Of a stretch of DNA of 48,366 bases, positions 1 through 7,295 are shown one piece after another. Each line of letters begins with the position of its first letter. Positions within the stretch are counted from its first letter, which is position 1. This DNA comes from Eubacteriales bacterium (GTDB lineage Bacteria > Bacillota > Clostridia > Oscillospirales > CAG-272), in the NCBI GenBank assembly GCA_045656385.1, contig JAZORB010000077.1:1-48366 (forward strand), read 5' to 3'. The position numbers were made by a program, and so were the translations under genes. The notes under the pieces are model-generated. The model was not told where the DNA came from and made no database searches. It was given only the letters and a program-made list of their open reading frames with translations.

Positions 1-396
1 CCCTCGGCCTTTTTTCTCATATTCGCGGCAAATACATGCGCAAAGCGCGCACAAGCACGCTTTATCCCGAGCTCATCCGAAATATCATCGTCAATCTTAC
101 ATTCGGTAAGTACAGCGGCGGCAGCGGAAGAATATGCCAAAGCTTCATTATCCTCACACATCATCTTTTTACGAAGCGGATGAACAACACACTTACGCTT
201 TTTATGCTCAGGCCTGATATCTGATAGAACCATTCTCACTATTGCAAGAAAGGCAAAATCGTAGCTTAGAGTAAGGCGCGAAATACATCCGGTATGCTTA
301 CCCATTGAACGGCAAAGTCCACAATAAACAGACTTATACGTTTCCAGCTCGCACACGCGAAGCTCCGGCTGGTACGGTTTAATATAGCCGAACAAT
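1..396 (-). pseudogene. DUF5685-like cysteine-rich protein, 5' portion. The reading frame is interrupted by an apparent 1-nt insertion, and the 3' end lies beyond the window
   Basis: Not in the ORF track because it runs off the left edge. An SD AAAGGAGTGAT (411-401) precedes TTG at 396-394. That frame reads LFGYIKPYQPEL and then stops at TAA 336-334. The frame offset by one nt (codons 365-363 down to 5-3) reads RVCELETYKSVYCGLCRSMGKHTGCISRLTLSYDFAFLAIV... and stays open to position 3. The joined N-terminus matches my recollection of Clostridial DUF5685 proteins. Confidence 0.5.
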
Positions 397-502
397 TGTA
401 TCACTCCTTTACTTAGCTTTTATAATGATACTATACTTTATACTTAAATACAATAAATAATGTGTAAATAAAGTACTACGTTGCTACGCTTAACTTTTAT
501 TA

Positions 503-538
503 AAAATGAAAAAAGACAAGTCTATGACTTGTCTTTTT
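503..538 (-). terminator. Rho-independent terminator of the tRNA operon
   Basis: A 12-bp stem, aaaagacaagtc (511-522) pairing with gacttgtctttt (526-537), has a 3-nt loop. On the minus strand it is followed by a T-run. Confidence 0.7.
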
Positions 539-544
539 CATATA

Positions 545-622
545 TGGGGTGAATGATGGGATTCGAACCCACGGCCTTCAGGGCCACAACCTGACGCTCT
601 AACCAACTGAGCTACACCCACC
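545..622 (-). tRNA. tRNA-His (anticodon GTG)
   Basis: The reverse complement folds as a cloverleaf. The anticodon stem is TCAGG/CCTGA with loop TTGTGGC. The T-loop is GGTTCGAATCC. There is an extra 5' G(-1) typical of tRNA-His, and the 3' CCA is encoded. Confidence 0.9.
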
Positions 623-625
623 ATA

Positions 626-702
626 TGGCGCGCCTTGAGGGACTCGAACCCCCGGCCTACTGCTTAGAAGGCAGTTGCTCTATCCGGCTGAGCTAAAGGC
701 GC
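626..702 (-). tRNA. tRNA-Arg (anticodon TCT)
   Basis: The reverse complement is GCGCCTTTAGCTCAGCCGGATAGAGCAACTGCCTTCTAAGCAGT...GGTTCGAGTCC...GGCGCGCCA. The anticodon stem is ACTGC/GCAGT with loop CTTCTAA. CCA is encoded. Confidence 0.9.
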
Positions 703-751
703 ATCATATCGGGGTACGAATGAACGTCCGAAGACATTCATTCTGTCCCTA

Positions 752-825
<74 letters not shown>

Positions 826-856
826 GTATTTCGGTCTCTTTCAAAACCGCCCTAAT

Positions 857-885
857 ATAATACCACAAAATGAAGCATTTGTCAA
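857..885 (-). promoter_or_regulatory. Sigma-A type promoter of the Gly-Arg-His tRNA operon
   Basis: On the minus strand, TTGACA (885-880) is followed by a 17-nt spacer and TATTAT (862-857). This sits about 30 nt upstream of the tRNA-Gly 5' end. Confidence 0.6.
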
Positions 886-931
886 TAGGTAAATTGAAAA
901 AAAACGAAGATTTTTGAAAATATTTTTGTTT

Positions 932-1840
932 TTACTCAAATTCTCGCCGTCTGCTATCAAAAAGATCGTAATATGCGCGGATATTTTCAAGCTCGCTCCA
1001 ATGTTTTACACCGGCAGGGTCGCCATCGAGGTCATATATCTTCGCTCCGCGCATGGAGAGCAGGAAGGGTGAGTGAGTTGAAATGACAAGCTGACAGCCG
1101 TAAAAACGCACGGCTTCTTCGAGGAAAGTTGCTAGCTCGCGCTGGAGTTTTGCCGAAAGACTGTTCTCCGGCTCGTCGAGAAGATAGAGCGCGTTTGACT
1201 CGATCTTGCGCGTAAAGTAGGCAAATGCACTTTCGCCGTTTGAATGCATTCGGTATTCGGCATTTCCGAGGCGACGGGCAGTATACTGCGATTTCGTGCT
1301 TTTTCTGATCTCGTTTCTCTTTCGAAGTTCTTCATAATCTTCAAGGCTCTTCATCTGCCAACCGCTGTGTGTGAGTTCACCGTGAAGATTTTCGTATTCC
1401 TCAAGAATGCTCTCGCGGCGGCGATCGATGCCCTCGTTTATCGCGCGGATGTCGAGAAGGTAATCAAAAACTCCGTCGCTCGTTATGATCGCGCTTTCCC
1501 GCGGAACTTTGCGCGTACCGTTGTATATTTCGTAATCGCAATAGGAGAGATAATCCTCGATTATCGGAGAATTATTGAACGGCGCGGTGCGCGCGAGCTT
1601 CAGCTTTTCCGCGATCACGTTAAGAACGGTAGATTTACCCGATCCATTGCCGCCGTAAAATATCGTTATCGGTTCAAACTCGATCTTCGAGAGCTTTTTA
1701 TGCGGAAAAATGCCGAAGGGATACTGATTCGAGGCATAGCACTGCATATCGAGTTTGGTAAGACTTCCGGATTTGCTGGAAAGTAAATAATCAAGCTCAT
1801 CCGCATCGGTCGGCAGGGTAAATGATCTCAGATATTGCAT
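932..1840 (-). CDS. Stand-alone ABC/SMC-type (AAA_21-like) ATPase of unknown role
   Basis: The track ORF 932..1891 begins at an upstream TTG. I place the start at ATG 1840, which is preceded by AAGGAGG. Motifs: Walker A GGNGSGKST, signature-like SNGESAF, Walker B LYLLDEPENSLS and H-loop STHSP. There is no transmembrane or substrate-binding partner. Confidence 0.8.
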   Translation of the reverse strand: MQYLRSFTLPTDADELDYLLSSKSGSLTKLDMQCYASNQYPFGIFPHKKLSKIEFEPITIFYGGNGSGKSTVLNVIAEKLKLARTAPFNNSPIIEDYLSYCDYEIYNGTRKVPRESAIITSDGVFDYLLDIRAINEGIDRRRESILEEYENLHGELTHSGWQMKSLEDYEELRKRNEIRKSTKSQYTARRLGNAEYRMHSNGESAFAYFTRKIESNALYLLDEPENSLSAKLQRELATFLEEAVRFYGCQLVISTHSPFLLSMRGAKIYDLDGDPAGVKHWSELENIRAYYDLFDSRRREFE

Positions 1841-1862
1841 CGTGTGCCTCCTTTTTTCTTTA

Positions 1863-1891
1863 ATTATAACATATAAAAGAGTTTTTGTCAA
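1863..1891 (-). promoter_or_regulatory. Perfect consensus sigma-A promoter for the ATPase gene
   Basis: On the minus strand, TTGACA (1891-1886) is followed by a 17-nt spacer ending in TGt and then TATAAT (1868-1863). Confidence 0.65.
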
Positions 1892-1898
1892 TTTTCTC

Positions 1899-1927
1899 TT
1901 GCTAAAATAATATTTTTATGATAAAAT
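1899..1927 (+). promoter_or_regulatory. Candidate promoter for yqeG
   Basis: TTGCTA (1899-1904) is followed by a 17-nt spacer ending in TGa and then TAAAAT (1922-1927). An alternative is TTGTCA 1885-1890 with TAATAT 1908-1913. Confidence 0.45.
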
Positions 1928-1957
1928 ATAATAAATATTACTTTAATGAGGACTAAA

Positions 1958-2473
1958 ATGCTCTCAAAACTACTGCCTTACAGAATTTTTGATAAATTCG
2001 ATGACATAACGCCAGAATATCTTTCATCCCTCGGTGTGCGATTTCTGTTCAGCGACGTGGACAATACTCTTGCGCCATACGAAGTCCCCGAGCCCGATGA
2101 GCGTATCCGCTCGTGGCTTGATTCGCTGAAGGACGCGGGGATCACGGTCGTTCTTGTGTCCAACAACCACGGCGATCGCATTGAGCTTTTCAACCGCACT
2201 CTCGGTCTTGCCGCCTACGCCGATTGTAAAAAGCCGGGCAAGAAACGTCTTGGTGAGATAATGAAAAGTATCGGTGCTACCGCCGACAACAGCGCATTTC
2301 TCGGCGACCAGATATTCACGGACGTGCTTTCGGCGCGCAATCTCGGCATAAAAATTGCTCTGCTCGTCCCGCCTATCAAGGACAAGCTGACCCTCTTTTT
2401 CCGCTTCAAGCGCGCGATGGAGAAACCTATAATTCGCAGATATTATAAAATACACGGAGGCGAAAAGAAATGA
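1958..2473 (+). CDS. yqeG: YqeG-family HAD-IIIA phosphatase
   Basis: Motifs DVDNTLAPY, VSNN and GDQIFTDV are present. I prefer ATG 1958 (GAGGA lies 5 nt upstream) over ATG 1946. The stop overlaps the next start as ATGA. Confidence 0.8.
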   Translation: MLSKLLPYRIFDKFDDITPEYLSSLGVRFLFSDVDNTLAPYEVPEPDERIRSWLDSLKDAGITVVLVSNNHGDRIELFNRTLGLAAYADCKKPGKKRLGEIMKSIGATADNSAFLGDQIFTDVLSARNLGIKIALLVPPIKDKLTLFFRFKRAMEKPIIRRYYKIHGGEKK

Positions 2474-3318
2474 TGACTGCAAAATTCGGTCCCGCGGGCA
2501 ACTGCGATGCCTTTTACGCCTCGGGCAGAAAAGCAACTCTGCAAGCGCCCGAGTGGCTTCGCGAGATTGGTCTTGACGCCTATGAATTTCAAGCCGGAAA
2601 CGGTCTGCGTGTTTCGGACTCGACGCTGACTGCCATAGGCAAGCAGGCAAAAGAGCACGGAATTGCAATGTCACTCCACACGCCATATTTCATCTCGCTT
2701 TCGGGCGTTGACCCCGAAAAGAGGCTTAAAAGTATCACTTATATCAAAGATTCGCTTCACGCAGCTTCTCTTCTCGGCGCGGACATAATCGTCATCCACA
2801 CGGGAAGCGCGGCGAAGATCTCGCGCGAGGAAGCGCTCTCGCTTGCCGCGGATACTCTTTACAAAACTCTTGAAGAGATCGGAGATCAACCGATCAAGCT
2901 CGGTCTTGAAACAATGGGTAAGATCAATCAGCTGGGCACGCTCGAGGAAGTCATCTCGCTTTGTAAGATCGATCCCATCCTCTGCCCTGTTGTTGACTTC
3001 GGTCATCTGAATGCACGTGCCGTGGGCGGTTTCTTCCCCAACGCAGATGCTTACCGCAAGGTCTTTTACTCTATCGGCGAGACTCTCGGGGATTCTTATG
3101 CAAAGAATCTGCACTGCCATTTTTCGAAGATTGAATACACATCCGCAGGCGAGAAACGCCACCTGACCTTCGAGGATACTCTCTACGGCCCCGATTTCGC
3201 ACCTCTGGCAGAAGTTATTGCCAAAGACGAGCTTTCGCCCCGCATCATCTGTGAGTCCGCAGGAACGCAGGCTGAAGACGCGCTTGCGATGAAGAATACT
3301 CTGAAAAATTTAATTTAA
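2470..3318 (+). CDS. Xylose-isomerase-like TIM-barrel protein (endonuclease IV / AP-endonuclease-2 family)
   Basis: 282 aa. Features seen: FGPAGN near the N-terminus, HTPYF, VIHTGS, LGLETMG and DFGHLNA. Confidence 0.65.
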   Translation: MMTAKFGPAGNCDAFYASGRKATLQAPEWLREIGLDAYEFQAGNGLRVSDSTLTAIGKQAKEHGIAMSLHTPYFISLSGVDPEKRLKSITYIKDSLHAASLLGADIIVIHTGSAAKISREEALSLAADTLYKTLEEIGDQPIKLGLETMGKINQLGTLEEVISLCKIDPILCPVVDFGHLNARAVGGFFPNADAYRKVFYSIGETLGDSYAKNLHCHFSKIEYTSAGEKRHLTFEDTLYGPDFAPLAEVIAKDELSPRIICESAGTQAEDALAMKNTLKNLI

Positions 3319-3342
3319 CTTATATACGGAAGGAAAAAGAAA

Positions 3343-4425
3343 ATGTCTAAACTTCAGAAACTTCGCGCCGCTATGGCGGAAAAAGGCTTTGACGCCGTTA
3401 TCATCACATCCGAGGTAAACCAGAGATATATCACGGGCTTCAATTTTCAGGACGGACTTGTTCTTGTAACAGCAACCCGCGCAGTTCTCATCACCGACTT
3501 CCGCTACATCGAGGCTGCAAAGGCTTCGAAGGCGGCAGGTATATTTGAGATCATCACTCCCGACAAGCGTCAGTCCGCAGTCGTTGCAGAGATTGTCAAG
3601 GATTGTGGCGGCAAGGTTGCCGCAGTTGAAGAGGCAAAAATCTCCCTTTCGGGTTACGAGGCGTTCAAGGCGGCTCTTGAGGGCTGCGAGGTCAAGGGTG
3701 GCGCTTCTGCCATCATCGACGGTCTTCGCGAATTCAAGGATGCCGAGGAGATCGCTTCCACTGCGAAGGCGCAGGATATCGCCGACGCGGCATTCAAGCA
3801 CATCATCGAATTCATCCGCCCCGATATGACAGAGATCGACGTTGCTCTCGAGCTTGAATTCTTCATGCGCGCACACGGCGCAGAGTCCACCGCTTTCGAT
3901 ACCATTGCAGTATCCGGTAAGGCATCCTCCCTCCCCCACGGTGAGCCGAGAAACGTTCAGCTTGAGAAGGGCTTCCTCACCATGGACTACGGAGCAAAGA
4001 TCGACGGCTACTGCTCGGATATGACCCGTACCATTGTCATCGGCAAGGCTGACGCCGAGATGAAGCGACTTTACAACACCGTTCTTGAAGCACAGCTTGC
4101 AGCTCTTGCCGCTGCAAAGCCCGGTGCGCTCTGCCGCGAGATGGACAAGATCGCGCGCGACATTATTGACAATGCAGGTTACGCGGGAACCTTCGGTCAC
4201 TCGCTCGGCCACGGTGTCGGAATGTATATCCACGAGGCTCCCGGACTTTCGCAGAGAGTTATGCCCGCCGACCGCAAGCTCACCCCCGGTCACATCGTCA
4301 CCTTCGAGCCCGGAATCTACATCGAGGGCAAGTACGGATGCAGAATTGAGGATATGGTTGCCGTTCTCGAGGACGGAATCCTCAACTTCACACACTCTCC
4401 CAAGGAGCTCATTGAAATTTGCTAA
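3343..4425 (+). CDS. M24B Xaa-Pro aminopeptidase/dipeptidase
   Basis: 360 aa. It has a creatinase-like N-domain and the metal-site motifs DYGAKIDGYCSDMTRT, HSLGHGVGMYIHE, EPGIY and RIED. Confidence 0.85.
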   Translation: MSKLQKLRAAMAEKGFDAVIITSEVNQRYITGFNFQDGLVLVTATRAVLITDFRYIEAAKASKAAGIFEIITPDKRQSAVVAEIVKDCGGKVAAVEEAKISLSGYEAFKAALEGCEVKGGASAIIDGLREFKDAEEIASTAKAQDIADAAFKHIIEFIRPDMTEIDVALELEFFMRAHGAESTAFDTIAVSGKASSLPHGEPRNVQLEKGFLTMDYGAKIDGYCSDMTRTIVIGKADAEMKRLYNTVLEAQLAALAAAKPGALCREMDKIARDIIDNAGYAGTFGHSLGHGVGMYIHEAPGLSQRVMPADRKLTPGHIVTFEPGIYIEGKYGCRIEDMVAVLEDGILNFTHSPKELIEIC

Positions 4426-4480
4426 ATGATCCGCTTAAATGCATCTTTTAGGCATTTAAGCGCAAGATACACCGCGAGTT

Positions 4481-4517
4481 TACCCCACTCTACTGCGAGT
4501 AGAGTGGGGTATTTTTT
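4481..4517 (+). terminator. Rho-independent terminator after the M24 peptidase gene
   Basis: A 14-bp stem, taccccactctact pairing with agtagagtggggta, has loop gcg and is followed by TTTTTT (4512-4517). Confidence 0.85.
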
Positions 4518-4545
4518 GATTCTACCTTGATTTTTGAGAGGTAGG

Positions 4546-4574
4546 TTGCTTCTACCGCTCTTTTGGAATATAAT
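4546..4574 (+). promoter_or_regulatory. Candidate promoter for the hemolysin III gene
   Basis: TTGCTT (4546-4551), a 17-nt spacer, then TATAAT (4569-4574). Confidence 0.5.
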
Positions 4575-4603
4575 ATGGTCAGCAAAAACACGCGAGGTAT
4601 AAC

Positions 4604-5263
4604 ATGAGCAACGCAGAAGCAAGAAAACTACTCCCCAACTACACACTCGGCGAAGAGCTTTGGAATTCGATCACCCACGGGCTCGGAGCTCTGTTCGGCA
4701 TACTCGTGCTTGTCACGACCCTGATGAAGGCCGAGGGCGCACGCGAGACTGTCGCATGCGCGATATATGGCGCATCGCTGATACTTCTCTACTCCGTATC
4801 CTGTGTCTATCACTCGCTCACGCCCTGCGTCGGCAAGCGCGTGATGCAGATACTCGATCATTGCACGATCTACCTTCTCATTGCGGGAACATACACTCCC
4901 GCCGCGCTGATAGGCGTTTACAACGCAGATCAAAAAACAGCTTGGGTGGTGTTCGTGCTTGTATGGACACTTCTCGTCCCTGCTGTAATTCTGACAGCCG
5001 TGGATATGGAGAAATTCAGCAAGGTATCAATGGTATTTTATATCGGCATGGGCTGGTGCATCGTGATCGACTTCTCCGCCGCTGTTGCGGGAATGGGCGC
5101 GACGGGATTCGGCTTTATGCTCGCCGGCGGAATCGCCTATACAATCGGCGCCGTATTATACGGACTTGGCAAAAAGCGCAGATATATACACTCGGTATTC
5201 CATATTTTCGTTGTCATCGGAAGTGTGCTTCAGTATATCAGTATAATTGAATATTGTATGTAA
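4604..5263 (+). CDS. Hemolysin III / PAQR-family membrane protein
   Basis: 219 aa with about 7 hydrophobic helices. Motifs NSITHG, YHS, LDHCTIYLLIAGTYTP and HSVFHIFV are present. Confidence 0.85.
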   Translation: MSNAEARKLLPNYTLGEELWNSITHGLGALFGILVLVTTLMKAEGARETVACAIYGASLILLYSVSCVYHSLTPCVGKRVMQILDHCTIYLLIAGTYTPAALIGVYNADQKTAWVVFVLVWTLLVPAVILTAVDMEKFSKVSMVFYIGMGWCIVIDFSAAVAGMGATGFGFMLAGGIAYTIGAVLYGLGKKRRYIHSVFHIFVVIGSVLQYISIIEYCM

Positions 5264-5267
5264 AATC

Positions 5268-5294
5268 AAAGCCGACCGCGTTGCGGTCGGCTTT
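5268..5294. terminator. Bidirectional terminator between convergent genes
   Basis: A 12-bp stem, aaagccgaccgc pairing with gcggtcggcttt, has a 3-nt loop. A/T runs lie on both sides. Confidence 0.75.
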
Positions 5295-5298
5295 GTGT

Positions 5299-7245
5299 TT
5301 AAGAATACATATACAAAAGAATCTTCGATTCGTGTTTATCAAGCTTGATTTCTATACCCTTTCGGAGGTCATCGGGGCAATAATCCGTCATAGTACCGCT
5401 ATCTGCATCGTATACGTGATACGTGGGAGCGTTGCCGACATACGGGAATTTCAAAAGGAACGAATCTTCCTCCGCATCCGCATTTCGAACTATCTGCACG
5501 AATCCGCGGCGTTTTTCGGCGTCGTCAAACTGCATTGCATACCAATCCTCCGTCGAGCCGCGGCATTCCGTGATCGGATAATAATCGCCGTCAAGCTCAA
5601 CCTCTGCGACCTTACGCCAGAGCTCCTGCAAAGCGCGCAGTCTGAGAGCAGTTGCATCATCGATATCATAGCGAACCATATCAGTCATAGAGGGCGCAAA
5701 CGCATTATAATAAGCAAATTCATCCGCGTCCCTTTCCTTGCCGTCATATTTACCTGTTTCGGGGTCGAACCAGTTCATATTGTGTGCGCGGAAATAGGGG
5801 ATCCACTCGAACATCTCGCGGTGCTGTTTCTGCTTGATCGGGTGGTCACCGTAGCCGACGTCGGTATAGTGAAGCGTGATCGCGCGGCGCATCGTTTCAA
5901 GGTCATTTCGACGTCCGCCTGAAGCGCAGGAGTCGATGATGAGTCCGGGATTGCGGAGCACAAGCTCATCCCAATATGCGAGGTAGCCCATCGCGTGGCG
6001 GTTTTCAAGGAATCCGATGCGGTCAGGTGCCTCGTTTTCCTTCCATATCGGGAGCGGATCGAAATTGAAATCCTGACGGTAGATCTTCACACCCGATGCC
6101 TTGATTATTGAATCTACGCGGTCGGTGATCCACGCTCTTGCCTCGGGGTTTCCGAGATCGAAGAGCTTATTTTCACTCTCACCAACCGAAAGAAGCCATT
6201 CGGGGTGCTCTAGGTCGATCTCCTCGCCCTTGCGCACGCGCTCGGGCTCAAACCAAAGAAGAAAATCAATATCATTCTCTTTACACGCCTCACCGATAGG
6301 ACCAAGTCCTCGCGGGAATCGGTTTTCATCAACCTTCCACGTGCCGATGCGAGGCCAGTTGTAGTCGCAGGGATACCAGCCCGCGTCGACCCACCAGACA
6401 TCGGGCTTCATACCCTTTCTTAAATACTCCGAAAGCGCGTGAAGCTGATTCTCCTCTGTTGCACCCGTAAACTCGGGCTTACCCTCTGCGCGGAAATAAT
6501 GCAAGCAGAGCTTGGGCGGCATCTTTGCGCCGTTATCCTTGGGCAGAATGTGGGCAAAATAGAATCTTCTCCAGATGTTGATACCTCTGTATTCACTGCC
6601 CACGCCGTAAGCCATGAGGGTAAGCCTGGGCGATGTGAAGGACTCACCGGGGGAAAGACGGGTGTGACATCTGTCCTGGCCACAGAGGAAGGATATGCCC
6701 TTCTCCGTGGGTGCTATCTCGGCTATCCACTTGGACGGGAATCCGATAGCGGCGCGAAGCTCGACTCCATCGCCGCGCATAGTCATGTAAGGGAACGCGC
6801 CTTGGCAAGACGTGCCGGAAAAAGGAGTGAGGGTTATCTTTTCGTCAACCGTCTTTTCAAAGAAGCTATATCCGTCGCGCTTGCAGGTATCGCCGTTTCC
6901 GTATTTGAGCGTACTCTTTCCGCAGGCGATCTCACCACCAATGCGGAGCTCGGAAATTATCGGCGTGTCTTTCTTGCCGTTATTGGTCAGAGTTACTCTC
7001 CACTCGGTTACGGGGAAATCGCGGTATTCGGTGTAATCGGCGCGAATAGCCAGACCCGATCTGTTTTTGCCCTCGACCGTGATCTTTTGGATATTAGAAT
7101 CAACGAATTCGCGGCTGACCTTGGGAGAAAATTCCTCGGGAATGCCGCAGATCTTGCGTCTGCCGAGCTTAAAGGAAAGCGGCACCGCCTCGGGCGAGGT
7201 ATATTTTAGTATCATCGGGATATAGGACATATTTACAGTGTTCAT
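5299..7245 (-). CDS. GH36-family glycosidase (alpha-galactosidase-like), cytoplasmic
   Basis: 648 aa with no signal peptide. The nucleophile region is KIYRQDFN and the acid/base region is DSCASGGRRND, both typical of GH36. Confidence 0.7.
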   Translation of the reverse strand: MNTVNMSYIPMILKYTSPEAVPLSFKLGRRKICGIPEEFSPKVSREFVDSNIQKITVEGKNRSGLAIRADYTEYRDFPVTEWRVTLTNNGKKDTPIISELRIGGEIACGKSTLKYGNGDTCKRDGYSFFEKTVDEKITLTPFSGTSCQGAFPYMTMRGDGVELRAAIGFPSKWIAEIAPTEKGISFLCGQDRCHTRLSPGESFTSPRLTLMAYGVGSEYRGINIWRRFYFAHILPKDNGAKMPPKLCLHYFRAEGKPEFTGATEENQLHALSEYLRKGMKPDVWWVDAGWYPCDYNWPRIGTWKVDENRFPRGLGPIGEACKENDIDFLLWFEPERVRKGEEIDLEHPEWLLSVGESENKLFDLGNPEARAWITDRVDSIIKASGVKIYRQDFNFDPLPIWKENEAPDRIGFLENRHAMGYLAYWDELVLRNPGLIIDSCASGGRRNDLETMRRAITLHYTDVGYGDHPIKQKQHREMFEWIPYFRAHNMNWFDPETGKYDGKERDADEFAYYNAFAPSMTDMVRYDIDDATALRLRALQELWRKVAEVELDGDYYPITECRGSTEDWYAMQFDDAEKRRGFVQIVRNADAEEDSFLLKFPYVGNAPTYHVYDADSGTMTDYCPDDLRKGIEIKLDKHESKILLYMYS

Positions 7246-7255
7246 TATCTTCTCT

Positions 7256-7291
7256 TCCCGAAAAACGCACAGAACAGGTCTGTGCGTTTTT
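7256..7291 (-). terminator. Terminator-like hairpin downstream of the MBL lipoprotein gene
   Basis: Stem aaaaacgcacag (7261-7272) pairs with ctgtgcgttttt (7280-7291). On the minus strand a T-run follows. The hairpin lies only about 15 nt upstream of the GH36 start. Confidence 0.65.
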
Positions 7292-7295
7292 CATT

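Noticed and set aside
36-224. A 62-aa plus-strand ORF at the left edge.
   Set aside because: It lies antisense within the DUF5685-like coding region, has no SD and has no recognisable motif.
932-1840. The ATPase as cargo of a genomic island integrated at the adjacent tRNA genes.
   Set aside because: It lies on the promoter (5') side of the tRNA operon, whereas tRNA-targeted elements insert at tRNA 3' ends. No integrase or direct repeat of a tRNA 3' end is visible in the window.
4432-4462. An 11-bp hairpin (cgcttaaatgc/gcatttaagcg) directly after the M24 peptidase gene, considered as a possible second terminator or sRNA.
   Set aside because: No U-tract follows it, and the real terminator is 20 nt downstream. 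The 178-nt spacer is too short and shows no motif of a known RNA family.
4426-4530. A 34-codon ORF starting at the pepP-like stop codon (TAAATG).
   Set aside because: It is made up almost entirely of a hairpin (4432-4462) and the strong terminator (4481-4517). It has no SD, so the RNA structure explains the sequence better than coding does.
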